Shown here piece by piece: positions 15,696 through 25,468 of a stretch of DNA of 64,000 nt. The stretch comes from an uncultured Candidatus Saccharibacteria bacterium (GTDB lineage: Bacteria > Patescibacteriota > Minisyncoccia > Phycocordibacterales > XYD1-FULL-46-19): NCBI GenBank assembly GCA_964655995.1, contig CAZZPK010000001.1, positions 15,283 to 79,282 of the forward strand, read 5' to 3'. Positions within the stretch are counted from its first letter, which is position 1. Each line of letters begins with the position of its first letter. Both the position numbers and the translations under genes were made by a program. A model generated the notes under the pieces. That model had not been told where the DNA came from. It did not search any database and saw only the letters and a list, made by a program, of their open reading frames with translations.

Positions 15696-18600
15696 TTGAC
15701 TATGAAAAAATTTATTGTGGTGTGTGCTCTGCTACTTTTGGTGGCGGCACCGGTTTACGCGCAGATTTACAACACTACTCCTAAACCGGCGACGACGCAA
15801 ACCGATGCCGAGATACGTGAGAAACTTAATGCTCTCATTCAACAATTATTAGCCATTTTGGTTCAATTACGGGCCAATCAAGGGACTACTGCGCCAGCTA
15901 CGTTACCAACTGTCACCTTAACTGCCAACCCTAATCCACGGGTGGTCAATAGTGTAACCGGCGGCGGATCAGTTTCCGTATTGTCCTGGACTAGTACTAA
16001 TAGCGATTATTGCCGTCTAAATGGAGGGCGTTTCTATAACGAAATCCAAAATTCTAGTGGTTCGGTCCAAGTAACGCCTTGGGTACCGACCACTTACAAT
16101 ATCACTTGTTATAACAAAAATAACGGTAATGCTGGTATAAGTAATACCAGTTCGGTTACCCTAAAGACTACCACTGATGTAGATAATGATGGTGATGTCG
16201 ACCAGGATGATGTTAATTATGTAACAAACTGTGCTAATGGTATTTGTGCCAGTGGCATTAATGCCAATGTTAATGGTGTTGGAGGTGTTGATGCCGCTGA
16301 TATCTCAATCATTAATCATGTAGTGACTCGATCAAAACTCGAGTTAGTTAAAGTTTCGAGCCCTAATGGTATTGACCAAGTGTACAATTCGGCGCACCCC
16401 GAGTTCCCATCGCTTAAATTTGCATTTGAGATCGAGGTTATGGCTGTAAATGGTGATGTCTTTATTCCTCAATATGCGGTCGCTACCTGGGCTCATAACG
16501 AGACTTTAGGGCAAGTCAATCAAAGTTCGCCGGAAAGCCACATTGTTTCCTTCTCTAATGTATTTATAGCTCAAAATTCACCTTACGGCACGGCCTATAA
16601 GTTACCTAAAGGCATGACGGGTATAATCACTATTGAGAAGAGTTTTGATACTGGTAGGATGTTTGCTGGCAAGTACTATGGTTATGTTGATTCGCTAAAG
16701 TATTACCAATCTTGGCCTAATACACAATCTCCTGCTTTTAACACCCATTCGGAGGGGTTAGTAATTAAACAACAAACCAGTAATTCTGAGCAAGTACTTG
16801 GTGAAAAGTCTCCTTATATTACCTCTATCACTACACCTAGAAATGTTGGCGATACCGTCACTATTACCGGAGAAAGATTGACCGGGGCTGTGGCGCTTAA
16901 AACTCCTTCTACGATAAGTAATATCGCTGTTAGTTCCGACAATCGCCAGGTCAGTTTTAAGATTGATTCAGTACAAAAACCGGGTATTTATGAGGTAACA
17001 GTGGTCGATAAAGCTTACGGTGAGAGTAATCGAGCTTGGTTAGAAATTAAATCAGGTCCAGTGGCGGCTACTGGCCCCAAGGTCACTTACCCTAATGGAG
17101 GGGAGAACTTAATTATTGGCAATCAATCCAATATTAATTGGACTTTTGGTGGGGCGCCGGCCACAAATGTCTCCGTCTACTTGGTAGGCGGCAATGCCAT
17201 CCAGTGCATCAAGGCTCCTTGTCCCTCTGATCAAGCTCGCCATTTGGTGTCCGCTAATGCCAATGGCACAAGTCTGTACTGGACTATCGGTAAAATAGCC
17301 AATAGCAGTTTGGTGCCAGCTGGCCAGTATCGAGTAGAAGTTTGCTCCAGTGTTGCTTGCGACCAAAGCGACAATTACTTTACGATTTCCGATCCATTGA
17401 TTAATCCAGTTCTGCCGACTGTTGATTTGGTAATTACTAATGATCCTGACGACAGAGTAACGGTGACGGCCGGTTCTCTCGTTCCTATCACTTGGTCATC
17501 CACTAATGCCGTCTCTTGTACTCCTAACAATGGCGGTATCGTTGATCCTAGTTCCTCCTATCAATTTAGCGGTACGATCAACACCTCAGGTAGTCGTGAG
17601 ATTAAATTTGTCAGCAATGGTAACGTTTCTATTACCTGTATGGGGCCGGGCGGTAGCGTTACCGATACAGTTGCGGTGGATATTGCCACTCAATCAGAAG
17701 TGCCTACCCCTACCGTTGATCTAAAAGTTAATGGCAGTAACGGCCCGGTTGCCGTTCCTTACAACACTTATGTCCCAATTACCTGGACTTCGACCAATTC
17801 CATAAGTTGTACTGCCAACCCTAGTGTTGGCGTAGTGGCTGCCGACTCAGATTACAAATTCCAAGCCGGACCGGTAAATACCACGGGTAATCGCTTGATT
17901 AAATTTACCGGTACGGGTGTTATCTCCATTACTTGCCAAAACGCCGCTGGGCAAGTATCTAATCCCGATCCGGTGGCGGTAAATGTTGTCGCGGCTACAA
18001 CCCCGCCACCACCTCCTCCACCAGCTCCGGCCGCCCCTACTGTTTATCTAAAAATTAACAATAGTACCGGTCCGGTGGCTGTAGTGTCGGGTGCGACTGC
18101 TAACATTTCTTGGGGCTCCACTAATGCCGTCTCTTGTACTCCTAACAATGGTGGTATCGTTGATCCTAGTTCCTCCTATCAATTTAGCGGTACGATCAAC
18201 ACCTCAGGTAGTCGTGAGATTAAATTTAACCGCACAGGGGTCATCTCTATTACTTGTCAAAACTCGGCTGGTCAAACCGCTCAAGCGGCAGTGACAGTCA
18301 ACGTGACCGCGGCGCCGGTTATTACAAGCTCTAATGTTAAGTATCCAGATCCAGATACCACAATGTTTGTCCCTGGTGATGGTCGTCGAGCGACTATTAA
18401 TTGGACTACTACTAATGCTCAGAGTTGTAAATTAAATGGTGTTCAAGCGGGTTCGCCGGCCGCCGGCTATTTGCCGGCAGTCGGTTCGACTCAAGTGTCG
18501 CCAAGTATTCCTAAAACCTTCCAACTGGTTTGCTACAGCGGAGCTAATTGGACCGGTACTGCCTCGGCCCCTCTTAATATCCCGATTAAAGTTTCGACTG

Positions 18601-18857
18601 ATGTTGATGGTAATGGCCGGGTTGATGCAACTGATCTACAGCTGATGACTAACTGTATCACTGATGCCAACTGTTCGCTCGGTAAAGCTAAAGCTGATGT
18701 TAATCGCGATAACTCTCTTAATGCTACTGATCAACAAATGATCAACAATGCGATCTTAATTCAACAACAGCAAGCTCAGGCTAATAGCACTACCCAAACC
18801 GCCTCGGTTTTCAGCGGTCTGCGTGGTTGGTTGCAGGGGCTGTTTGGTGGCAATTAA
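15696..18857 (+). CDS. Secreted multi-domain surface protein: signal peptide, N- and C-terminal dockerin-like Ca-binding modules, 4-5 tandem ~95-aa two-Cys Ig-like domains, poly-Pro linker (ATG at 15702 is the likelier start)
   Basis: Signal peptide MKKFIVVCALLLLVAAPVYAQ. Dockerin-like repeats DVDNDGDVDQDDVNYV / NANVNGVGGVDAADISIINHV at the N-terminus and DVDGNGRVDATDLQLM / ADVNRDNSLNATDQQMINNAIL at the C-terminus. Repeated units carrying SW.STN..SC...C. Confidence 0.65.
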   Translation: MTMKKFIVVCALLLLVAAPVYAQIYNTTPKPATTQTDAEIREKLNALIQQLLAILVQLRANQGTTAPATLPTVTLTANPNPRVVNSVTGGGSVSVLSWTSTNSDYCRLNGGRFYNEIQNSSGSVQVTPWVPTTYNITCYNKNNGNAGISNTSSVTLKTTTDVDNDGDVDQDDVNYVTNCANGICASGINANVNGVGGVDAADISIINHVVTRSKLELVKVSSPNGIDQVYNSAHPEFPSLKFAFEIEVMAVNGDVFIPQYAVATWAHNETLGQVNQSSPESHIVSFSNVFIAQNSPYGTAYKLPKGMTGIITIEKSFDTGRMFAGKYYGYVDSLKYYQSWPNTQSPAFNTHSEGLVIKQQTSNSEQVLGEKSPYITSITTPRNVGDTVTITGERLTGAVALKTPSTISNIAVSSDNRQVSFKIDSVQKPGIYEVTVVDKAYGESNRAWLEIKSGPVAATGPKVTYPNGGENLIIGNQSNINWTFGGAPATNVSVYLVGGNAIQCIKAPCPSDQARHLVSANANGTSLYWTIGKIANSSLVPAGQYRVEVCSSVACDQSDNYFTISDPLINPVLPTVDLVITNDPDDRVTVTAGSLVPITWSSTNAVSCTPNNGGIVDPSSSYQFSGTINTSGSREIKFVSNGNVSITCMGPGGSVTDTVAVDIATQSEVPTPTVDLKVNGSNGPVAVPYNTYVPITWTSTNSISCTANPSVGVVAADSDYKFQAGPVNTTGNRLIKFTGTGVISITCQNAAGQVSNPDPVAVNVVAATTPPPPPPPAPAAPTVYLKINNSTGPVAVVSGATANISWGSTNAVSCTPNNGGIVDPSSSYQFSGTINTSGSREIKFNRTGVISITCQNSAGQTAQAAVTVNVTAAPVITSSNVKYPDPDTTMFVPGDGRRATINWTTTNAQSCKLNGVQAGSPAAGYLPAVGSTQVSPSIPKTFQLVCYSGANWTGTASAPLNIPIKVSTDVDGNGRVDATDLQLMTNCITDANCSLGKAKADVNRDNSLNATDQQMINNAILIQQQQAQANSTTQTASVFSGLRGWLQGLFGGN
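17506..17620 (+). repeat. 115-nt near-identical direct repeat (copy 1) within 15696..18857; copy 2 at 18115..18229
   Basis: tccactaatgccgtctcttgtactcctaacaatgg(c/t)ggtatcgttgatcctagttcctcctatcaatttagcggtacgatcaacacctcaggtagtcgtgagattaaattt. A single mismatch between the two copies. Confidence 0.8.
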
Positions 18858-20990
18858 TTACTCAAAGTGGATTTCCTGATTCACCGCTTGCACCCGCTCC
18901 GCCAGGAGCGGGTGTTTGGTTAGTTTTGGATCGGCACTGATTAATTTCTGGGCAGTGGCACGGGCAGCCTCGACCATTTTTAAGTTTTTAATCGCTTCCA
19001 TACCTAAATCAGAGAGGCCCCACTGCTTTTCGCCACTTAAGAGGCCGGCCCCGCGGAGGGCCAAATCAAGCTCGGCGAGCTCAAAGCCGTTTTTGGCTGT
19101 GGCTAGTGCCCGGAGGCGCTTTAGCGAGGCTGGCGAGGCGGTGTCGGTAAAGAGGAGGCAGGTGGCCTCGTGCGCCGAGCGGGCCACCCGGCCGCGGAGC
19201 TGATGCAGCTGGGCCAGGCCAAAGCGCTCCGCGCCCTCAATAATAATAATCGTCGCATTGGGCACATTAACTCCGACCTCAACAACGGAGGTGGCAACTA
19301 AAATATCGATGCGGCCGGCACTAAACTCACTCATCACCTCTTCCTTTTCTTTCGGCTTCAGTTTGGAGTGGATGAGGCCAACAACATGTTGGGGAAAGAT
19401 TTTTTCAGCCAAACGTTTGGCCTCGGCTTTGGCTGATTTGGTTTGCAGGGCTTTTACCTTATCCTGATCAGGTTCGTCTATTCTGGGGCAAATCACATAC
19501 GCTTGCCGGCCGGCTTTTAACGCTTGGCGCACTAAGTTATAAGCCTCTCCGCGTTCAGTCGGCGGGATGATTTTGGTTACAATCGCGCCGCGGCCGGCCG
19601 GCTGCTCGTCCAAAAGCGACAAATCCAAGTCGCCGTGTATGGTTAAAGCGAGGGTGCGGGGGATCGGCGTGGCCGTCATCGAGAGCAGATGCGGCGCTTT
19701 AACTTTGTTTTGCTTAACCAGTTTGGAGCGCTGCATTACGCCAAAGCGATGCTGTTCGTCGATAATCGCGTAAGCCAGGTTTTTCCATCTCACCGTTTTT
19801 TGGATCAACGCTTGCGTGCCCACTAAAATGGGGATTTCGCCGTTGGCCACCCACTTTAAGAGTTGCGAGCGGGAGATGCTGGTGTAATTATTTAAATTAA
19901 TTTTGGAGGGGAATTTGTAGCAGCCGCCGCCGGTTAACAAGCCGATATTTACTTGGTAATTTTTGAAAAATTGGATAAAAGACTCAAAATGCTGTTTGGC
20001 TAAGATTTCGGTCGGAGCCATGTAAGCCACCTCATAGCCGGCTCGGACCACGGCATAGGCAGTGGCGGCGGCCACAGCCGTTTTGCCGGAGCCGACATCA
20101 CCCTCCAAGAGACGCGTCATTGGCGCGGCTTTGGCCAAATCGGAGATAATATCTCTGATTGCCCGCTCTTGAGCCTTGGTGGGAGCAAAGGGGAAGCCGG
20201 CGACAAAATTACCGACCACAGTCGGTGTCACTTTGATGGGATAGCTCCCCTGGGAGCGATAGTTGGCGCGGTCGCGCAGGCGCGCCAGCTGTATTGAGAG
20301 TACCTCCTCAAAGGCAAAACGCTTGCGCGCTGCTAAGGCGTCTTTTTGCTTTTGCGGCTCATGGATCCACACCAAAGCGGTGGCCAGAGTCGGCAAATGG
20401 TACTCGTTTAAGATTTCCTTGGCGATCGGGTCGGGGATTTGCTCATGCACGCCTTGGGCCAATAAAGTTTTAATGTGATGTTGGAACCAGCCCGAGGAGA
20501 GGCCGCGCGTCTCGGGGTAAATCGGCACCGGCTGCTCGTCGTTTTGACTGCCAAATAGCGAGGAGGCGCTACTGGTCTGATAATCCGGGGTGCCGGCCAT
20601 AATTTCCGGATTGGCCAGATAGAGTTCGCCGCGGCGCTCGGCGATTCTGCCTCTAAAATAGGCTGTGGCGCCCGGTGGCACCTTTTTGGCCAAATAGGCT
20701 TGATGGAACCAGATAATCTTTAGTTTGCCGGTTTCATCCTCCACGAGTGCCTCGGCCATGGGGATTTTTTTGCGCCAGGCTTTTTTGGTTTCCGACTTGA
20801 GGACTTTGCCGTAGATCACCGCCTCATCGCCGGCCTTAAGCTCGCCAATATTGCTAAACAAAGCGCTGTCGGTATAGCGCGCCGGGAAATAGCGCAACAA
20901 ATCGCCCAGCGTTTTAACGCCCAGCCGCTCTAAACCGGCCTGTTGGACAGGAGTTAATCTAAAACGGTCGGTAATTAGCGTTTGATACAA
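18858..20990 (-). CDS. recG: ATP-dependent DNA helicase RecG
   Basis: N-terminal wedge domain. Helicase motif I DVGSGKTAVAA and motif II DEQHRFG. 710 aa. Confidence 0.9.
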   Translation of the reverse strand: MYQTLITDRFRLTPVQQAGLERLGVKTLGDLLRYFPARYTDSALFSNIGELKAGDEAVIYGKVLKSETKKAWRKKIPMAEALVEDETGKLKIIWFHQAYLAKKVPPGATAYFRGRIAERRGELYLANPEIMAGTPDYQTSSASSLFGSQNDEQPVPIYPETRGLSSGWFQHHIKTLLAQGVHEQIPDPIAKEILNEYHLPTLATALVWIHEPQKQKDALAARKRFAFEEVLSIQLARLRDRANYRSQGSYPIKVTPTVVGNFVAGFPFAPTKAQERAIRDIISDLAKAAPMTRLLEGDVGSGKTAVAAATAYAVVRAGYEVAYMAPTEILAKQHFESFIQFFKNYQVNIGLLTGGGCYKFPSKINLNNYTSISRSQLLKWVANGEIPILVGTQALIQKTVRWKNLAYAIIDEQHRFGVMQRSKLVKQNKVKAPHLLSMTATPIPRTLALTIHGDLDLSLLDEQPAGRGAIVTKIIPPTERGEAYNLVRQALKAGRQAYVICPRIDEPDQDKVKALQTKSAKAEAKRLAEKIFPQHVVGLIHSKLKPKEKEEVMSEFSAGRIDILVATSVVEVGVNVPNATIIIIEGAERFGLAQLHQLRGRVARSAHEATCLLFTDTASPASLKRLRALATAKNGFELAELDLALRGAGLLSGEKQWGLSDLGMEAIKNLKMVEAARATAQKLISADPKLTKHPLLAERVQAVNQEIHFE

Positions 20991-21454
20991 ATTTCTTGGG
21001 CGTCGGGCAGTGCGGTCTCAAGCGCGGCGGCCGGGGCGCAGACGCTGACACGGCCGGTGCCGTCGACAGCGACAGTATAACCGGTATTGGTGGTCGTTGT
21101 CGCGGTGGGGTCAATCGGCAAGGCAGAGATGTAAGTGGGGACTAAGCAGGACAAGTCGATGGCGTTATTTGCGGTAGTGGTAGCGCTGTAAATGGTAGAG
21201 GTGGCGGTAGGCAAGGCTGGGCAGGTAAAGCTACCAAAAGTGCCGGCAAACAGGCCCTTGTTGTCGGCGATGCGCTGGCCGATGGCGTTTAAAATGGCGT
21301 TGACGCCGGCCACGCGCTCGGTATTGCGCGCTTGGGCAAATTGCTTGGCCGGATTGATGGCGATGATAACGATGGCCGCCAACACGGCAATAATGCCGAT
21401 AACCACCAAGATCTCAATTAATGTAAATCCTTTCTTTTTATTTTTTTTATTCAT
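20975..21454 (-). CDS. Type IV pilin / pseudopilin (prepilin-type N-terminal cleavage/methylation domain); start at MNKKNKKKGFTLIE
   Basis: KKGFTLIEILVVIGIIAVLAAIVIIAI is a class III signal peptide. Cys pairs in the C-terminal region. Confidence 0.75.
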   Translation of the reverse strand: MNKKNKKKGFTLIEILVVIGIIAVLAAIVIIAINPAKQFAQARNTERVAGVNAILNAIGQRIADNKGLFAGTFGSFTCPALPTATSTIYSATTTANNAIDLSCLVPTYISALPIDPTATTTTNTGYTVAVDGTGRVSVCAPAAALETALPDAQEICIKR

Positions 21455-21501
21455 ACACAAATAAAAATTAAATAATAAAAAGACACACTGTATTAAGTAT
21501 A

Positions 21502-21888
21502 TTACAACGGCAATTCTTGCCAAGCTGTCAGATTAAAGGTCTGACCCGCTTTGGTGGCGGTGGCCGAGAGAGTGGTGTAAGCGTCGGCCACACGCGCCGT
21601 TACTCTGATGCTGGCCAAATCGGGTGTTGGCCGCTCGACCGGGGCGATAAAGCAAATACCGCTTGGATAAGTGGTAGTGGCCGGGGCAGCGTAAGGTTGT
21701 CCGATCGACAAGCCGGTAATGACCGTATCGAGACAGCCGCCGGCCAAAGCGGCGCTGGCCGCTTTGGCCTCGGCGCTTAAAACATTAAAGCGCGCTTGCC
21801 AGCCGGCAAAACCGTACTCGCTAGCCACAGTCAAAAGGATCAGAGAGACGATTACCGTGGTAATCAAAGCGATATAACCCCGCTTCAT
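21502..21888 (-). CDS. Pilin-like protein with N-terminal hydrophobic helix (minor pilin?)
   Basis: MKRGYIALITTVIVSLILLTVA resembles a degenerate prepilin leader. Lies directly upstream of the major pilin on the same strand. Confidence 0.4.
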   Translation of the reverse strand: MKRGYIALITTVIVSLILLTVASEYGFAGWQARFNVLSAEAKAASAALAGGCLDTVITGLSIGQPYAAPATTTYPSGICFIAPVERPTPDLASIRVTARVADAYTTLSATATKAGQTFNLTAWQELPL

Positions 21889-21929
21889 TTAATTGGTATT
21901 TTAGCAAAAACTAGGTAAAGTTAGAGAAT

Positions 21930-22925
21930 ATGAGGATAGTGATCGCTACCGGGATTTATCCGCCCCAGATCGGCGGGCCGGCCCAGTATGCCAAAGAGTT
22001 GGCTGGGGCTTTGGTACGGGCCGGTCATGAGGTGGTGGTTAAAACTTATCGTTTGGAGCATCAATTGCCAACAGGTATCAGGCATATTTATTATTTTTTA
22101 AAAATTTTGCCGGCGGTATGGCGCGCTGATGCAATAATTGCTTTAGACACTTTTAGTGTCGGTGTGCCGGCGGTGGCGGCGGGGCGATTGCTTGGTACGC
22201 CGGTGATTATCCGCACCGGGGGCGATTTTTTGTGGGAGGGTTATGTCGAGCGGACGGGCGACAAGGTATTGCTCCGCGATTTTTATCAAACAAGTCGCAG
22301 TCAGTGGAATTTAAAAGAAAAGATCATTTTCGCTCTATCGGACTCTGCCTTGCGCGGGGCCACTCATCTGGTTTTCAGTACCGCTTGGCAGCGCGATATT
22401 TTTACTCCGGTTTATCGCTTGGATCAAACCAAAATCGCCTTGATCGCCAATTTTAGCGGGCCTAAATTGCCGAGCGCTTCCCCGGCCGGTAAAGTTTTTG
22501 TCGGCGGCACCAGGCCGCTCAAGTGGAAAAATCTGGATATGCTTAAACAAGTTTTTGCTCAAATCAAGGATGCTAAACTGGATCTAACCACCGCGCCTTA
22601 CCAAGAATTTTTGGCTAAAATAAAAGAGAGTTACGCGGTGATTTTGGTATCGCTCGGCGACATCAGTCCTAATTTGGTTTTGGACGCCTTGTCGCTTAAT
22701 AAGCCGGTAATTTTAACTAAAGAAACTGGCATCGCCCCCCTACTTAAAGATGCGGTGATGTGGGTTGATCCGCTTAATCCGGCCGATATTGCGGAAAAAG
22801 TTAAATTATTGCTTGACCCGGCTGTTTACCAAGATTATGTTTCTCGTGCGTCTAATTTTAATTACGTCCACACTTGGGAGGAGATTGCGGACGAGTTTGC
22901 GCAAATAATAAAAAGACATGAGTAA
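21930..22925 (+). CDS. Glycosyltransferase, GT-B fold (GT4/GT1-like)
   Basis: MRIVIATGIYPPQIGGPAQYAKELAGALVRAGHEVVV is an N-terminal GT4 signature. Confidence 0.65.
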   Translation: MRIVIATGIYPPQIGGPAQYAKELAGALVRAGHEVVVKTYRLEHQLPTGIRHIYYFLKILPAVWRADAIIALDTFSVGVPAVAAGRLLGTPVIIRTGGDFLWEGYVERTGDKVLLRDFYQTSRSQWNLKEKIIFALSDSALRGATHLVFSTAWQRDIFTPVYRLDQTKIALIANFSGPKLPSASPAGKVFVGGTRPLKWKNLDMLKQVFAQIKDAKLDLTTAPYQEFLAKIKESYAVILVSLGDISPNLVLDALSLNKPVILTKETGIAPLLKDAVMWVDPLNPADIAEKVKLLLDPAVYQDYVSRASNFNYVHTWEEIADEFAQIIKRHE

Positions 22926-23979
22926 AGTATTAATGATTTCCACTGATCGGCAGATTTTAAATCCGGAGAGTGCCGTGGCCGTGCGCATGGCGCGTTATGG
23001 TGAGGCGGTCACGGAGTTACATATTGTTGTTTGTGCTCCCGGCGATTTAGGGCAAAAAGCGCAATTGGCCGCCAATGTCTGGGTTTACCCCGCCCAGACC
23101 GTTTCCCGCTGGCTCCGTCCGTTGGCCGCTTACCGAGTAGCCCAAAAAGTCAGCCGACAAGTAAAACCCTCCCTGATTACTTGTCAGGATCCGTTTGAGA
23201 CCGGTTTGGTCGGCAAGTGGTTGGCCCAAAAATTCAACTTGCCACTGGAGATTCAAATTCACACTGATTTAACCAGCCCATATCTTGTCAGACAATCCTT
23301 GCTCAATAAATTAAGATTATTGATCGCCAAATCAGTTTTGCCGTCGGCCACCCACATTAGAGCAGTGAGTCAAAAAATAAAAGAGGGGATAATTAAAAAA
23401 TACAATTTGCCACCCGAGCGCATTTACATTTTGCCGATTGCCGTCGATTTAAAGCCCTCGATCGACAGCTGGATTTCGCCGTATGCCAAAACGATTTTGA
23501 CAGTCTCGCGGTTAGAGCCTGAAAAAAACGTCGCTTTGGCGCTCCGAGCGCTTGCCGTAATCGCCAAAACCGACAATGATATCGGCTTGGTCATTGTCGG
23601 CTCGGGCCGGCTACTGCCGGATCTCAAAGTTTTGAGCCGCCGGCTCGGGGTGGAGGACCGAGTGACTTGGCTTGGGCAGCAGCCTGATGTTTGGCCGTTT
23701 TACCGGGCGGCCAAAGTTTTATTCCATCCAGCCCATTACGAGGGCTATGGCTTGGTGTTGGTCGAGGCCGCCTCGTTTGGTTTACCCATAGTTTCTACCG
23801 ATGTCGGGGTAGCGCGCGAGGTCGGGGCGGTAATCATACCCAATAATGAGCCTGAGACGGCCGCCCAAACTCTCCTGGAGGCCCTAAAATTGCCCAAAAC
23901 AAGCGTTTTGCCGCCGGGGCTGGTCGTAAGCCCTGACGAGTATTTGGCTGTTTTAAGAGCCAAATGGCACTCAGCTTGA
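22918..23979 (+). CDS. Glycosyltransferase family 4 (Glycos_transf_1)
   Basis: EGYGLVLVEAASFGLPIVSTDVGVAREV is a C-terminal GT1-domain motif. Confidence 0.8.
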   Translation: MSKVLMISTDRQILNPESAVAVRMARYGEAVTELHIVVCAPGDLGQKAQLAANVWVYPAQTVSRWLRPLAAYRVAQKVSRQVKPSLITCQDPFETGLVGKWLAQKFNLPLEIQIHTDLTSPYLVRQSLLNKLRLLIAKSVLPSATHIRAVSQKIKEGIIKKYNLPPERIYILPIAVDLKPSIDSWISPYAKTILTVSRLEPEKNVALALRALAVIAKTDNDIGLVIVGSGRLLPDLKVLSRRLGVEDRVTWLGQQPDVWPFYRAAKVLFHPAHYEGYGLVLVEAASFGLPIVSTDVGVAREVGAVIIPNNEPETAAQTLLEALKLPKTSVLPPGLVVSPDEYLAVLRAKWHSA

Positions 23980-24001
23980 TTTTAAGTTAAAATATCTTTT
24001 T

Positions 24002-24424
24002 ATGGCCTATTTGCTGTTATTGTTTGAGCATCGTATCCGCATTGCCAAATATATTATTTCCGGAGGCACTGCCGCCTCAGTCAATTTAGGTTTCCTTTTT
24101 CTGTTTGCTGATGTTTTAGGTCTTCATTACTTGGTTGCCGGGGTACTGGCTTTTGTTTTAGCCTTCGGTGTTAGTTTTACCTTGCAAAAATTTTGGACTT
24201 TTCAAAACCATGACCGGGCGCTGATACCCAAGCAAATGGTCATTTATTTGACTGTCTCTGTTTTTAGCCTCATGGTCAATACAATTTTGCTTTATTTGTT
24301 TGTCGAATGGTTTGGTTGGTGGCATATCTGGGCCCAGGTAATGGCTGGCGGCCTACTGGCCCTAATTAACTTTTTTATTTATCGTTTTGTCATTTTCCAT
24401 CAACCGATCATTGAGCTGTCATAA
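24002..24424 (+). CDS. GtrA-family membrane protein
   Basis: 4 TM helices, 140 aa. YIISGGTAASVNLGFLF...FTLQKFWTFQ fits the GtrA pattern. Confidence 0.7.
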   Translation: MAYLLLLFEHRIRIAKYIISGGTAASVNLGFLFLFADVLGLHYLVAGVLAFVLAFGVSFTLQKFWTFQNHDRALIPKQMVIYLTVSVFSLMVNTILLYLFVEWFGWWHIWAQVMAGGLLALINFFIYRFVIFHQPIIELS

Positions 24425-24427
24425 ATT

Positions 24428-25468
24428 ATGAAACTTTTAGTTATCACCCAGGCGGTCGATCGTAATGACGATGTTCTCGGTTATTTCCACACCTGGCTTG
24501 GGGAATTAGCCAAACATTGCGGCCAGTTAACAGTTATTTGTTTGCGTCAAGGAGAGTACAGTTTGCCAGACAATGTTACCATTTTGTCGCTGGGCAAAGA
24601 GTCTGGCCCGTCCCGTTTAAAATACTTAGGTCGTCTGGCTAAATATTTATGGCGCCATCATCGCGACTACGATCGGGTGTTTGTCCATATGAATCCGATT
24701 TATATTGTTTTGGCCGGCTGGTGGTGGCGTTTAACTGGCAAATCAATCGCTTTGTGGTATACCCATCGCCAAGTGGATTTTAAATTAAGAGTTTCCGCTC
24801 TTTTGGCTAATATTATTTTTACCGCCGCACCAGAGAGTTTTCGCTTAAAAAATTCTAAAGTTAATGTGGTTGGTCATGGTATTGATGTAAACGCTTTCGC
24901 TTGTGAGGCCCACCAAAATAATCAACTGTTTACGATCTTACATATTGGTCGCCTAACGCCGATTAAAAATTGCGACATTCTCATCGAGGCTGCCGGCCAA
25001 TTAAGGGCGCAATTGACCCGCCCGTTCAAAGTTATTTTTATCGGCAGTGCGGTCACGGCCACCGACCATGATTATGAATTAAAATTAAAAGAGCAAGTTA
25101 AAAACTCCGGTTTGGAGGAGGTGGTGGCCTTTGCCGGATCGGTGCCCAACCGTTTAATGCGCGATTACTATTGCCAAGCCGATTTGACGGTTAATTTGAC
25201 ACCGACGGGCGGTATTGACAAGGCCGTGCTCGAGTCGATGGCCGCCGGCGTGCCGGTGCTCACCTCCAATCAAGCTTTTCGAGATTATTTCGGCCACCAT
25301 GCCTCGGCACTACTTTTTGCCGAGCGAAACAGCGGAGAGTTGTCCCAGAAAATGAAGCGGTTGATTGAGTGTGATTTGGACACAGTCGGAGCCTATTTAC
25401 AGCAGGTAGCTCGAGAGCGAGCCGATGTCGGCGTCTTAATTAAAAAAATAATTTCTTTATGGCGGTAA
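24428..25468 (+). CDS. Glycosyltransferase family 1/4
   Basis: LESMAAGVPVLTSNQAF and an upstream G-rich loop. GT-B fold. Confidence 0.75.
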   Translation: MKLLVITQAVDRNDDVLGYFHTWLGELAKHCGQLTVICLRQGEYSLPDNVTILSLGKESGPSRLKYLGRLAKYLWRHHRDYDRVFVHMNPIYIVLAGWWWRLTGKSIALWYTHRQVDFKLRVSALLANIIFTAAPESFRLKNSKVNVVGHGIDVNAFACEAHQNNQLFTILHIGRLTPIKNCDILIEAAGQLRAQLTRPFKVIFIGSAVTATDHDYELKLKEQVKNSGLEEVVAFAGSVPNRLMRDYYCQADLTVNLTPTGGIDKAVLESMAAGVPVLTSNQAFRDYFGHHASALLFAERNSGELSQKMKRLIECDLDTVGAYLQQVARERADVGVLIKKIISLWR

